This document shows, one piece after another, positions 36,995-46,887 of a DNA stretch of 64,000 bases (positions within the stretch are counted from its first letter, which is position 1; each line of letters starts with the position of its first letter). The stretch covers positions 29,543-93,542 of the forward strand of contig JBLMYQ010000002.1 of the NCBI GenBank assembly GCA_050258375.1. The letters are read 5' to 3'. The position numbers and the translations under genes are program-made. The notes under the pieces were generated by a model. It was not told the origin of the DNA, made no database searches, and worked only from the letters and a program-made list of their open reading frames with translations. This DNA is from Deltaproteobacteria bacterium (GTDB taxonomy: Bacteria; Bacillota; Clostridia; Acetivibrionales; UBA4821).

Positions 36995-38392
36995 TTACGT
37001 TATCATTGGAAGAGTAATTTCAACCTTGGTACCGTTTTCTTGGTGACTCTCAATTTCTAATGTTCCACCATGAAGTTTCACTATTTCTTCACAAATTGCA
37101 AGACCCAATCCGCTTCCGGCAGATGCCGTGTTTGCTTTGTAAAATCTTTGCTTTACTTTGGGCAAATCTTCTTGCCGTATGCCCCAGCCTGTATCCTCTA
37201 CAATGATTTTTACACTTTCCTTTGAATACACGTTAGCAAGCTTTATTTGCCCGCCCGGAGGTGTGAACTTTAAACAATTATCTAACAGGTTTATTAGTAC
37301 CTGCTTCATCCTGTTTTCGTCTAACGTCAAATTTACAGCTTTAGAATTGATATCAGCTTTTAACTCAATATTCTGACGTTTTGCTCTAGGAGTCATCTGC
37401 TTAGCTATATATTCCATTAGCTCTCCAATATTAACAGAGCTAATGTTTAATGTAATCTTTCCAGCCTCAAATTTTGAAAAGTCCAGCAGTTCCTCAACCA
37501 ATAAAGTAAGCCGGTCTGCTTCTCTGTCTATTATTTCAAGCCCTTCCTTCTGTTCTTCCTGATTTTTTAAGTCTCCTGATAAAAGCGTAACAATCCAGCC
37601 TTTTATAGAAGTTAAAGGAGTTCTGATTTCGTGAGAAATTGAAGAAATAAACTCATTTTTAAGCCTGTCCTGCTTCAGCATTTCACTACTCATATAATTA
37701 AGAGTGTCTGTAAGCTTTCCAACCTCGTCATCATACAGCTTGGGAATTTTTTTAGAAAGATTCCCTGCCGCCATTTCTTGTGCAGCTATTGTTATCTCAT
37801 GTATTGGCTTTGAAATGGTAGAAGAAATAAATATGCTTAGAATTGCCACAAACAAAATAACAAACAATCCTATACTTATTAATATTATTCCAACATTTTT
37901 TGTAATTTCTTTTATATCCTTTAATGATGTAATAAATCTAACAACCCCAATTATCTTTTTATTAGCTTTTAATGGATAAGCTATAGACATTACAGGTTCG
38001 CTGCTCTTAGGTAAAACTCCCCGCCATTTGCCCAGTTTACCCGAAAGTGCAGCTTTTACATCAGTATTTGTGCCACTTTCAGCAATTGAGGATGAATTGG
38101 AATCTGCAATAAGCTTTCCATTTAAATTAAAAATTTGTATTTCAGCAGAGGTAAAATCCGCAAAACTATCCACTAATCTCCGGCTGTCCTGATTTAAATC
38201 CAAATCACTTAGGTAGTCGGCATTAAAATTAGATACAACCTGAATTTGATTTGAAAGTATTTCTTCAACATTAATAATATAATATTGCTGAACAAAAAAA
38301 AGAATAAGGCAATCCAAAATAGCTACTGTTAAGACGATTAACAAAAGAAAGCTAGATAGGATTCTGGACCTTATACTCTTAAAATTAACCAT
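36995..38392 (-). CDS. two-component sensor histidine kinase (HAMP-HisKA-HATPase)
   Basis: H-box SHEIRTPL, N/G1/G2 boxes; 2 TM sensor domain; start overlaps RR stop. Confidence 0.85.
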   Translation of the reverse strand: MVNFKSIRSRILSSFLLLIVLTVAILDCLILFFVQQYYIINVEEILSNQIQVVSNFNADYLSDLDLNQDSRRLVDSFADFTSAEIQIFNLNGKLIADSNSSSIAESGTNTDVKAALSGKLGKWRGVLPKSSEPVMSIAYPLKANKKIIGVVRFITSLKDIKEITKNVGIILISIGLFVILFVAILSIFISSTISKPIHEITIAAQEMAAGNLSKKIPKLYDDEVGKLTDTLNYMSSEMLKQDRLKNEFISSISHEIRTPLTSIKGWIVTLLSGDLKNQEEQKEGLEIIDREADRLTLLVEELLDFSKFEAGKITLNISSVNIGELMEYIAKQMTPRAKRQNIELKADINSKAVNLTLDENRMKQVLINLLDNCLKFTPPGGQIKLANVYSKESVKIIVEDTGWGIRQEDLPKVKQRFYKANTASAGSGLGLAICEEIVKLHGGTLEIESHQENGTKVEITLPMIT

Positions 38393-39080
38393 TATTTCTC
38401 CACCTGTATCCATATCCCCATACAGTTTCAATAAACTTAGGGTCAGAAGCATCGTCTTCTATCTTTTTTCTAATCCGCCTGATATGTACATCAACAGTTT
38501 TAGTATCTCCAAAAAAATCATGCCCCCAGACCATATCAAGAAGCTGATCTCTACTGTATACTTTATCAGGATTCTTAATAAATAGCTTTATAAGCTCATA
38601 TTCTTTAGGTGTCAGTTCTAATATTACATCATTTTTCAATATCTTTTGTGCATCACAGTCTATTTTTAATGTCCCTGCAATTAGGACACAATTTTCTTTA
38701 GGCTTCTGAATATTCATTCTGCGCAATATTGCCCTTATACGCGCCACCAGTTCTAGTGGATCAAATGGTTTTGAAATATAATCGTCAGCCCCCAGTTCCA
38801 ATCCCATTACCTTATCCATGCCCTGAGTCTTTGCAGTAAGCATTATTATTGCTGTATTGGGGAACTCTTTGCTAAGCAATTCACAAGCTTCAAACCCACT
38901 CATTCCTGGCAACATTATGTCTAAAATAATAACATCAGGAATAACTGTTTTAGCAATTTGCAAAGCTTTTTCTCCTGATTCTGCTTCGAAAACTTCAAAA
39001 CCATTTCTAACTAAATTAATATTAATAAATCTACGTATTGGATTTTCATCCTCTACCACCAATACTTTTTTTTCAAGCAT
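38385..39080 (-). CDS. OmpR-family response regulator
   Basis: Receiver D (VIILDIMLPGMSG), winged-helix C-terminus. Confidence 0.85.
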   Translation of the reverse strand: MLEKKVLVVEDENPIRRFININLVRNGFEVFEAESGEKALQIAKTVIPDVIILDIMLPGMSGFEACELLSKEFPNTAIIMLTAKTQGMDKVMGLELGADDYISKPFDPLELVARIRAILRRMNIQKPKENCVLIAGTLKIDCDAQKILKNDVILELTPKEYELIKLFIKNPDKVYSRDQLLDMVWGHDFFGDTKTVDVHIRRIRKKIEDDASDPKFIETVWGYGYRWRNNG

Positions 39081-39090
39081 ATAACCCTCT

Positions 39091-39960
39091 TTAAAATTTC
39101 CCCATACTAAAATACCAACTCAAAATCTGTGTTCCCCATATCATTGCTACCGTACTCCCCAACACAATAAAAGGACCAAAAGGAATCATATCTTTTCTTC
39201 CCTTAATCTTGGTAGCCAATAAAAATATACTGATAACCGATCCTATTATAAAAGCCAAAAACATAGAAAGAACTGTAAGCTTAACTCCTAGAAATAAGCC
39301 TACAACTGCCATCAGCTTTACATCGCCCATGCCCATTACTTCAGCATGCATTAGCCATTCGCCTATTAATACAATCAGCAGGAAAGCAATAAAACCGGTT
39401 AGCAAGCCCAGCCCTGCATCCGCTAAAAAGCTCGGATTAAAACTAATAGGAGTTACAATCTTAGAGCCAATCATCATGAATTTTAATGTTTTTAGCGCCG
39501 CAAATATTACACCTGTTATAAGACCTGCAATTATTAATTCGTTTGGAATTATGTAATGCTTAAGGTCTATAAAGAAAACAGCTAAAAATATTACTGCAAG
39601 GGTTAATACCGCAAAAAGATTAAAGATAGTATCTGATAAAACTAGAGTCATTAAATTAGGTGACATATTCCAACCAAATCTGTAAAATATCCCAACAAAA
39701 ATTATTCCTGTTAAAAATTCAATGAGTGGATATCTTATTGAAATTTTTTCTCCGCAGTAACGGCATTTGCCTCCAAGGATTATGTAGCTCAAAATCGGTA
39801 TAAGATCATACGGCTTGATTTTGTTATTACAATTCACACAGTGTGAAGGCTTGACTACTACATCCTCTTCAATTGGGAGTCTATATACAAGCACATTTAT
39901 CATACTCCCGAATACAGTTCCAAAAATGAAAACAAAACAGTAAATTAAAATATTAAACAT
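39091..39960 (-). CDS. pilD: prepilin peptidase (A24 family)
   Basis: CxxC...CRYCGEKISIRYPLIE motif and DxK membrane aspartyl protease topology. Confidence 0.8.
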   Translation of the reverse strand: MFNILIYCFVFIFGTVFGSMINVLVYRLPIEEDVVVKPSHCVNCNNKIKPYDLIPILSYIILGGKCRYCGEKISIRYPLIEFLTGIIFVGIFYRFGWNMSPNLMTLVLSDTIFNLFAVLTLAVIFLAVFFIDLKHYIIPNELIIAGLITGVIFAALKTLKFMMIGSKIVTPISFNPSFLADAGLGLLTGFIAFLLIVLIGEWLMHAEVMGMGDVKLMAVVGLFLGVKLTVLSMFLAFIIGSVISIFLLATKIKGRKDMIPFGPFIVLGSTVAMIWGTQILSWYFSMGKF

Positions 39961-40002
39961 TTTGCTCCTCCACTTTATTCTTTTAGGTTTTATTTTGAGT
40001 CA

Positions 40003-40040
40003 GTGTAAAATGTAAACTTTAAACTAATTAGCTTTACACT
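40003..40040. repeat. GTGTAAA-heptamer inverted element (pilD-ilvD intergenic)
   Basis: GTGTAAAATGTAAACTTTAAAC...GCTTTACAC. Confidence 0.5.
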
Positions 40041-41697
40041 ATTTTATAACCGCACCTGTACTTGCCGAGCTTACCAATCTCGCATATTTTGCCATATACC
40101 CCTTTTTTATCTTAGGTTCCGGCTTGGTCCATCTTTTACGTCTGTTTTCCAGCTCTTCGATAGATACTTCTAAATCAATTTTATTATTGCTTATATCAAT
40201 ATTTATGATGTCGCCTTCCTGAACAAGTCCAATAGTCCCTCCTTCAGCTGCCTCCGGCGATATATGACCAATTGAAGCCCCTCTTGTAGCACCTGAGAAA
40301 CGACCATCAGTTATAAGCGCAACCTCCTTATCCAATCCCATTCCTGCAATTGCAGATGTTGGCGCAAGCATTTCCCTCATTCCGGGACCACCCTTAGGTC
40401 CTTCATAGCGAATAACTATTACATCGCCTTTGTTGATTTTCCCTCCCATTATAGCTGTATAGGCTTCCTCTTCAGAGTTAAATACACGTGCAGGTCCTTT
40501 GTGCTGAAGCATTTCAGGAGCAACCGCCGCTCTTTTTACAACAGCACCGTCCGGTGCAAGGTTTCCCCTTAAAATCGCTATGCCTCCAGTTTCACTATAT
40601 GGAGCTTCTATATTGCGGATTACCTCATTATTAATTACTTTAGCATCCTTGATATTTTCACCTACAGTTTTTCCCGTAGCAGTCATCAAATTAAGATTCA
40701 ACAAGTTTTTCTTTGCCAGCTCATTCATAACAGCCTGAACTCCACCGGCTTCATATAAATCCTGAACATGATGTACTCCTGAAGGTGCAAGCTTGCAAAG
40801 ATTAGGAGTACTCATACTTATTTCATTTATTATATCAAGATTTATTTCAATTTCTGCATCATTTGCTATTGCAGGCAGATGAAGAACCGAATTAGTAGAG
40901 CATCCCAATGCCATATCAACAGTAAGCGCATTTTTAAAAGCTTCCGGTGTCATTATAGCCCTAGGTCTAATATCTTTTTCAACCAGCTCCATTACTTTCA
41001 TGCCGGCATATTTTGCAAGTCTTATTCTTTCAGCATAAACCGCCGGAACTGTTCCGTTACCAGACAATGCCATTCCCAGTGCTTCACTCAGGCAATTCAT
41101 TGAGTTTGCAGTGAACATACCTGAACACGAACCGCATCCAGGACATGCATAATCTTCGTACTCGCAAACATCTTTTTCATCCATTTTGCCGGCTTTAACA
41201 GCTCCCACTGCTTCAAACACAGAATTAAGGTCAAGATATTTTCCGTTTCTTTTTATTGAAAGCATTGGCCCACCGCTAATAACAATTGATGGAATATTTA
41301 ATCTTGCAGCTGCCATAAGCATTCCAGGAATAATTTTGTCACAGTTTGGGACAAAAACCAAGCCATCAAAAGCATGCGCTACAGCCATACATTCTATAGA
41401 ATCTGCAATAATTTCCCTTGTTGCGAGGGAATATTTCATTCCCTCATGTCCCATTGCTATTCCATCACATACACCAATTACACCAAATTCAGCAGGTGTT
41501 CCTCCAGCCAATCTGATTCCTGCTTTTACTGCCTCAACTATTGTATCAAGATGAATATGTCCTGGAATTATTTCATTTTTTGAATTCACAATACCGATTA
41601 TCGGTCTTTGAATCTCCTCATCGGTATATCCCATAGCTTTAAACAACGAACGATGAGGCGCTCTATCCAAGCCTTTTTTGACCTTATCACTTATCAT
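40039..41697 (-). CDS. ilvD: dihydroxy-acid dehydratase
   Basis: IlvD/EDD family motifs (CDGIAMG..., [16 protein letters not shown]), 552 aa. Confidence 0.9.
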   Translation of the reverse strand: MISDKVKKGLDRAPHRSLFKAMGYTDEEIQRPIIGIVNSKNEIIPGHIHLDTIVEAVKAGIRLAGGTPAEFGVIGVCDGIAMGHEGMKYSLATREIIADSIECMAVAHAFDGLVFVPNCDKIIPGMLMAAARLNIPSIVISGGPMLSIKRNGKYLDLNSVFEAVGAVKAGKMDEKDVCEYEDYACPGCGSCSGMFTANSMNCLSEALGMALSGNGTVPAVYAERIRLAKYAGMKVMELVEKDIRPRAIMTPEAFKNALTVDMALGCSTNSVLHLPAIANDAEIEINLDIINEISMSTPNLCKLAPSGVHHVQDLYEAGGVQAVMNELAKKNLLNLNLMTATGKTVGENIKDAKVINNEVIRNIEAPYSETGGIAILRGNLAPDGAVVKRAAVAPEMLQHKGPARVFNSEEEAYTAIMGGKINKGDVIVIRYEGPKGGPGMREMLAPTSAIAGMGLDKEVALITDGRFSGATRGASIGHISPEAAEGGTIGLVQEGDIINIDISNNKIDLEVSIEELENRRKRWTKPEPKIKKGYMAKYARLVSSASTGAVIK

Positions 41698-41952
41698 CCT
41701 TTAACTCCTTCCGAAATTATATTTATAATTGACATTTACAATGTACAATTATAGAGTAACTATGCTATTAATTATTAACCTTAATAAAATGCAAAATAAT
41801 TTATGAGCAAAATTTTTTGACCCAATTGGAATACATCTAAGTCAAAATGTTCGTGAATAGCTTCTTTGGAAGAGTCCTCAGAATAGTTTGGCGTTGCTAT
41901 CAAAATTTTGTAAGGAAATTATTTTGCATTTATAATGATTTATAATAAGTAA

Positions 41953-42516
41953 TTACTTTATTTCAACATTTAACGAATTTGTAATCAAAACAGCTGCATT
42001 GCCCCTCGTTATCGGAGTATCGGCAGAAACATCAAGATTTTTTAGAAGCCCCAACGTATTTGCCTTATTAATATAATTGTCAGGCCACTGCCCTGAAAGC
42101 TTATCTCCATATTTCAATACTCTTACCATAATAGAAATTGCTTCTGCATATGTTATATTATTTGAAGGCTTGAAAGTCTTATTTGAGTAGCCTTTAATAT
42201 AACCCAGGCTGGCTGCCATTCTCACTGCAGAATATGCCCAATGCTTCTTGGAAAGGTCTTTGAAAGAAATCTTTGAACTGACTTTTATAGGGTTTTTATC
42301 GTATCCCATCATTCTGATTATTATAGATGCAAACTCTGCCCTCGTAATTTTTTTCTCTAATCCGAGGTCGCCATTGCCATATCCCTTTAATAATCCAAGC
42401 CTAACCAGGGCATTAGCTGACTGCTGTTGTATTTTTTGATTTGACCCTTCAGCAAAAGCAGGCATTTGAAGCATCAATAAAAATAATATTAATAAGCAAA
42501 AAATTTTGTTTTTCAT
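41953..42516 (-). CDS. small SLH-domain (S-layer homology) protein, 3 SLH repeats
   Basis: Signal peptide + three SLH motifs (ITRAEFASIIIRMMG; FKDLSKKHWAYSAVRMAASLGYIKG; ITYAEAISIMVRVL). Confidence 0.75.
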   Translation of the reverse strand: MKNKIFCLLILFLLMLQMPAFAEGSNQKIQQQSANALVRLGLLKGYGNGDLGLEKKITRAEFASIIIRMMGYDKNPIKVSSKISFKDLSKKHWAYSAVRMAASLGYIKGYSNKTFKPSNNITYAEAISIMVRVLKYGDKLSGQWPDNYINKANTLGLLKNLDVSADTPITRGNAAVLITNSLNVEIK

Positions 42517-42785
42517 AAAAATCGTATTCCCTTCCCAAAGAATTTTCCAGCTATATTGTGCATTTGTTAGAACTATTTTAACACATGTATGAAAAATAAC
42601 ATAAAAAAAATTATTTTTTTAATTTTTTCTTAATTTTTAATTTTTTCTTAATATGAATAATCGTCTAAAAAATCTTACATAATTCTCTTTTATATACTCA
42701 AAATGAATAAACAATTTTTTTTGAGTTATATTAATTTGAGGAAAGTATTTTATTTTCTAATTATTAAAAACAAGGAGGAATTTTA

Positions 42786-43280
42786 ATGGCAAAAACAATA
42801 GTAGGTGTTTTTGAATATCACAAGGATGCAGAAAAGGCAGCTAGAAAAGTCAAGGAGGAAGGACTTAAGACCTCAGACATATCAATAATCACAAGACAAG
42901 GCTCAGACAATGATTATAACGACAATACCACGGGGCAGGATTATACCATGAAAAATGATAATATTTCAGACGGAGTGGTAACAGGAGGCGTTCTCGGAGG
43001 ACTTGCAGGGCTTCTTATAGGTGCTGGCACAATGGTCATTCCAGGTATAGGAATAATTGCAGCTGCAGGACCGATAACAGGCTTGATTTCAGGTGCTATT
43101 ACAGGTGGAATAGTAGGAGGTCTTGTAGATTTGGGAATACCTGAAGATGAAAGCAGAGAATATGAAAATGATGTAAAAGAAGGAAAAGTTGTATGGAGCA
43201 TGCGAACCGATTCTTCATATGTTGATAAAATAAAATCAATTTTAATAGATTGCGGTGCATACGACATCCAAGCTTATTAA
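42786..43280 (+). CDS. general stress protein 17M (YflT/DUF1269)-like with glycine-zipper C-terminal half
   Basis: N-terminal VGVFEYHKDAEKAARKVKEEGLKTSDISII pattern; GxxxG-rich hydrophobic segment. Confidence 0.5.
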   Translation: MAKTIVGVFEYHKDAEKAARKVKEEGLKTSDISIITRQGSDNDYNDNTTGQDYTMKNDNISDGVVTGGVLGGLAGLLIGAGTMVIPGIGIIAAAGPITGLISGAITGGIVGGLVDLGIPEDESREYENDVKEGKVVWSMRTDSSYVDKIKSILIDCGAYDIQAY

Positions 43281-43299
43281 ATCATCCACAATAAACAGG

Positions 43300-43800
43300 A
43301 TTATTTTCCCTCGGATATAATACTGTTTAAGGGACAGAATAATATCACAAGGGTTCATAGTGGTTGAGCCAAGAGTAACTCAGGGTCTGCTGGGCTCTGT
43401 TTTATTCGGTCAAAGGTCTGTATTCGGTCTACGTGGCTGTTTACCGGCCGGCGAGCAGAGCATTATGTGTCTCCCAAGGCTTTGTATATGCAGCATTTGC
43501 TGTGTATGCCAGGTCGAAAGGGATGTATAATGTTCGAGCTAAGATTGTCGTTAGTTCCGCAGGTTAATTTTGCTGTAGCCCTGCATAACCGTTTGGTTAT
43601 GGCTAACTCAGATTAACTGGAGGTTTTTTGCAGCCGGCTTGCCGGTTGCACTTAGCTTCTAAGGTATTCTCGACAGTCGAGTAAAGGTTGATATGGGTTT
43701 TGATATGCTCTTATACAGCCGGAAGGTTGTATGGGGGTATGAAGAGATTCATATTGGCTGTAGCGTAGATCACTATGGGCTCTTATTTAATTTTTGCTTC
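43300..43800. other. GC-rich (~50% vs ~35% background) ORF-free structured element of unknown identity
   Basis: No ORF >=60 aa in any frame; many short perfect hairpins (CATAACC-GTTT-GGTTATG; GCAGCCGGC/GCCGGTTGC; CTCGA-CAG-TCGAG); no match to tmRNA, RNase P, 6S, group I/II intron cores. Confidence 0.4.
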
Positions 43801-43956
43801 TTATAATAATTGTAATAATATTCAAAAAAGTGTATAATTAAGCTATAAACTTTTTTAAATATTTATTATTGGGAGCAAAAAGATGGTCGAAAAATTAGAA
43901 GACCTTCTATTCAAGGTATTTTTAAATATAATCAAATAAAGATAAAAAATGAAATT

Positions 43957-44214
43957 TTGACAGAAAAAATAAAAGCTTTAGAAGAACAATTAACTCAATC
44001 TGAAAATAGCAATAAACAGCTAAGACATGAGTTGACGCAATCTGAGATTACTAATAAGCAGCTAAGCAATGAGTTGTCACAATCTGAAAACACCAATAAG
44101 CAATTAGTGGATGAAAATGCAGAATTACATACTCTTTCAGAAAAGGATGGTCTTACTAATCTTTGTAACAAGAAAAACTTTGAAATCTCTTTAAATAAAA
44201 AAATAGCAAGGTAG
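43957..44214 (+). pseudogene. remnant of coiled-coil + GGDEF (diguanylate cyclase) gene, truncated after DGLTNLCNKKNFEISL
   Basis: TTG-initiated 85-aa ORF with 11-aa repeats (ELTQSEITNKQL) ending in the first GGDEF motif (DxLTxLxNRR-like) then stop; downstream frames are fragmentary. Confidence 0.4.
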
Positions 44215-44421
44215 AATGCCTTGAGGATAGAAATTTGATAAAAAGCTTTGAAGGAAAAATCGAAGAACAAATCTCTCCTTATATACGGGATACTGCAGAT
44301 AAAAAATCACTTTATTGCGCAAAAAATAAAGAAGGCAAGGGTACAGTAGTAGCAATCAACGGAGATTTATCATCGTTTTGTAATACTCTTAATCCTGACC
44401 ACACCGGAAGATAATAAATTT

Positions 44422-45252
44422 TCAGATTATTTTCATGCTTATATCCATTGCTTTAACAGAATGAGTTAATGCACCAATAGATATTATATCAACTCCAGCT
44501 TCCGCGATACTGCGAACAGTTGAGAGCGAAACACCGCCCGAAGCTTCAACAAGTGCTCTCCCATTTATCATTTTTACTGCTTCTTTCATTTCATCAATCC
44601 CCATATTATCAAGCATTATAATATCAGCTCCATATTCAAGAGCTTCTTTGGCTTCATCAATATTTGAAACCTCAATCTCAATCTTTATGGTATGAGGAAT
44701 TTTTCCTTTTACTGAATTCAATGCATTTTTTATTCCACCAGCAGCTTTTATATGATTATCCTTAATCAATACTCCATCCGAAAGGCAGTATCTGTGATTT
44801 GTTCCGCCACCGCATTCAACAGAGTATTTATCAATAAGTCTTAAGCCCGGAGCTGTCTTTCTTGTATCAGCAATCCTTGCATTTGTTCCTTTGATAATCT
44901 CACAAAATTCGCTGGTCAGTGTTGCGATTCCGGACATCCTTTGCATGAAATTTAAAGCAGTTCTCTCCCCTAAAAGCAAATTTCTTGTATTACCCTCGAT
45001 TTCCACCGCAACATATTTCATTTTTACCTTATCACCATCATTAAACTTCTTTAAAAATTTTATATTGGGGTCAATTATTTCAAATACTCTTTTTGCAACA
45101 TCCAGTCCGCATATGATTCCATTCGCCTTAACTTTTACGATAGCCCTGCCAGTATCACTTTCAGGAATTGTATGCTCTGAAGTTATATCATAATTAAGCA
45201 CATCTTCTTCCAGCGCATTTTTTATTATTTTATCAAGAATAACTTTATTCAT
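44422..45252 (-). CDS. nadC: nicotinate-nucleotide pyrophosphorylase (carboxylating)
   Basis: QPRTase family, 276 aa. Confidence 0.85.
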   Translation of the reverse strand: MNKVILDKIIKNALEEDVLNYDITSEHTIPESDTGRAIVKVKANGIICGLDVAKRVFEIIDPNIKFLKKFNDGDKVKMKYVAVEIEGNTRNLLLGERTALNFMQRMSGIATLTSEFCEIIKGTNARIADTRKTAPGLRLIDKYSVECGGGTNHRYCLSDGVLIKDNHIKAAGGIKNALNSVKGKIPHTIKIEIEVSNIDEAKEALEYGADIIMLDNMGIDEMKEAVKMINGRALVEASGGVSLSTVRSIAEAGVDIISIGALTHSVKAMDISMKII

Positions 45253-46846
45253 CCTGATAGTTCTCCTTTGATACTATTATATTTTTCTTCCATTTTACAT
45301 CATCAGCTTGAGGAAAATCATTACGAAAATGTGCTCCACGGCTCTCTTCTCTCATAAGAGCTGAATTTACAACACTCCATGAAACCAAGAGCATATTCTG
45401 CATTTCAATATGCTCCTGAGTAGAATTTTCAATATTTATTACTCCATCAATATATGCTTTTATTTTTTCTCCGGCTTTCATAAGACCTTCTTTAGTTCTT
45501 ACTATTCCTGCATATTTATCCATAGTTTTTCTGATGTCTTCCACTATTTCTTCAGGATTAATTAAATTAACCTTTCTGGGTATATGGTAAGATTGCTCTA
45601 ATTTAATTTCTTTACCGTCTTTATATAATTCAGCTATTTGCTCTGCGATATTCCGGCCAAAAACCAGTCCCTCAAGCAGCGAATTGCTTGCAAGTCGATT
45701 TGCTCCATGGATACCATTACAAGCAGCTTCTCCACAAGAGAAAAAGCCCTTGATGCTTGTTCTGCCAAAAGCGTCTGTCCTTATCCCGCCCATACAATAA
45801 TGCTCAGAAGGTGCTACAGGCACAAGCTTTTTAGACATATCGATTCCGTACTCCAGACATTTAGCAAAAATATTAGGAAATCTGGCTTTAAGAAAGTCTC
45901 TATCTTTAAAAGTTATATCAATATAAACATGCTCTGAATTGGTTTTTTCCAATTCCTTGAATATGGCCCTTGAGACAATATCCCGTGGAGCAAGCTCAGC
46001 CATTGGATGATAATCAGGCATGAACCTCTCTCCATTTATATTTCTTAATAATGCTCCTTCACCTCTAACCGCCTCAGAGATTAGGAAGGTTTTATTTTTC
46101 CGGTGAAAGAGAACCGTGGGATGAAATTGTACAAATTCCATATCCATTAACTCTACGCCCATGCGGAAAGCCATTCCTGCGCCGTCTCCAGTAGAAACCT
46201 CAGGATTGGTTGTGCTTCGGTAAATCCGTCCATATCCGCCAGCAGCACAAATTACTACTCTTGACTGGAATATAACAGGTTCACCCTGATACATTGCAAG
46301 AACTCCTTCACAAGTATCTCCGGCAGTTATTATATCAATGACGGTAACCTTCTCAATTATATTTATATTATTTTTCTTATGAACCTCTTTAATCAGTATA
46401 TCGCAAACCTCTTTCCCCGTTGCATCACCCACATGGACAATCCTGTCTTTACTATGAGCTGCTTCCCTTGAAAGACTTAAATTTCCCTTTCCTTCTTTAT
46501 CAAATCTGACACCATATGTACACAGCTGATTAATATTATTTTCCGCATTATTAACAAGGAATCTGACTACATCCTCCTTACATAAACCAGCCCCTGCCGC
46601 AATCGTATCCTTAAAATGAAGCTCCGGTGAATCTCCCTTTCCCAAAGAAACCGCAATACCACCTTGTGCCAGAACTGAATTACTTATGTTTATTTCTTCC
46701 TTGGTAATTATCGCTGTATTTAAATATTCAGGAAGAGAAAGAGCAGTATATACCCCTGCAATACCGCTCCCGATTATTATAACGTCAAAATATTCCTTTT
46801 TAATTTCCCTTGAATTAAAGTTTATAAGATAACGTGGAAATTGCAT
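45245..46846 (-). CDS. nadB: L-aspartate oxidase
   Basis: FAD-binding DVIIIGSGIAG, succinate-dehydrogenase/fumarate-reductase flavoprotein family; ATG 46846 after AAGGAG. Confidence 0.9.
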   Translation of the reverse strand: MQFPRYLINFNSREIKKEYFDVIIIGSGIAGVYTALSLPEYLNTAIITKEEINISNSVLAQGGIAVSLGKGDSPELHFKDTIAAGAGLCKEDVVRFLVNNAENNINQLCTYGVRFDKEGKGNLSLSREAAHSKDRIVHVGDATGKEVCDILIKEVHKKNNINIIEKVTVIDIITAGDTCEGVLAMYQGEPVIFQSRVVICAAGGYGRIYRSTTNPEVSTGDGAGMAFRMGVELMDMEFVQFHPTVLFHRKNKTFLISEAVRGEGALLRNINGERFMPDYHPMAELAPRDIVSRAIFKELEKTNSEHVYIDITFKDRDFLKARFPNIFAKCLEYGIDMSKKLVPVAPSEHYCMGGIRTDAFGRTSIKGFFSCGEAACNGIHGANRLASNSLLEGLVFGRNIAEQIAELYKDGKEIKLEQSYHIPRKVNLINPEEIVEDIRKTMDKYAGIVRTKEGLMKAGEKIKAYIDGVINIENSTQEHIEMQNMLLVSWSVVNSALMREESRGAHFRNDFPQADDVKWKKNIIVSKENYQDE

Positions 46847-46887
46847 TTTTTCTCCTTTCATTTAGCTCCAAATGCTTCATAGCCACT

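Noticed and set aside
41698-41952. Possible T-box or other leader upstream of ilvD
   Set aside because: There is no T-box sequence (AATTAGGGTGGNACCGCG), specifier/antiterminator architecture or terminator hairpin. It is just an AT-rich promoter region with a small ACATT-N3-AATGT dyad.
43300-43800. tmRNA, RNase P, 6S RNA or group II intron identity for the GC-rich element
   Set aside because: - It lacks the GGGG...UCCACCA ends and tag ORF of tmRNA.
- It lacks AGGAAAGUCC/ACAGAA(C/A)CCGGCUUA of RNase P.
- It lacks domain V of group II introns.
- It is too long and branched for 6S.
- It is left as unknown.
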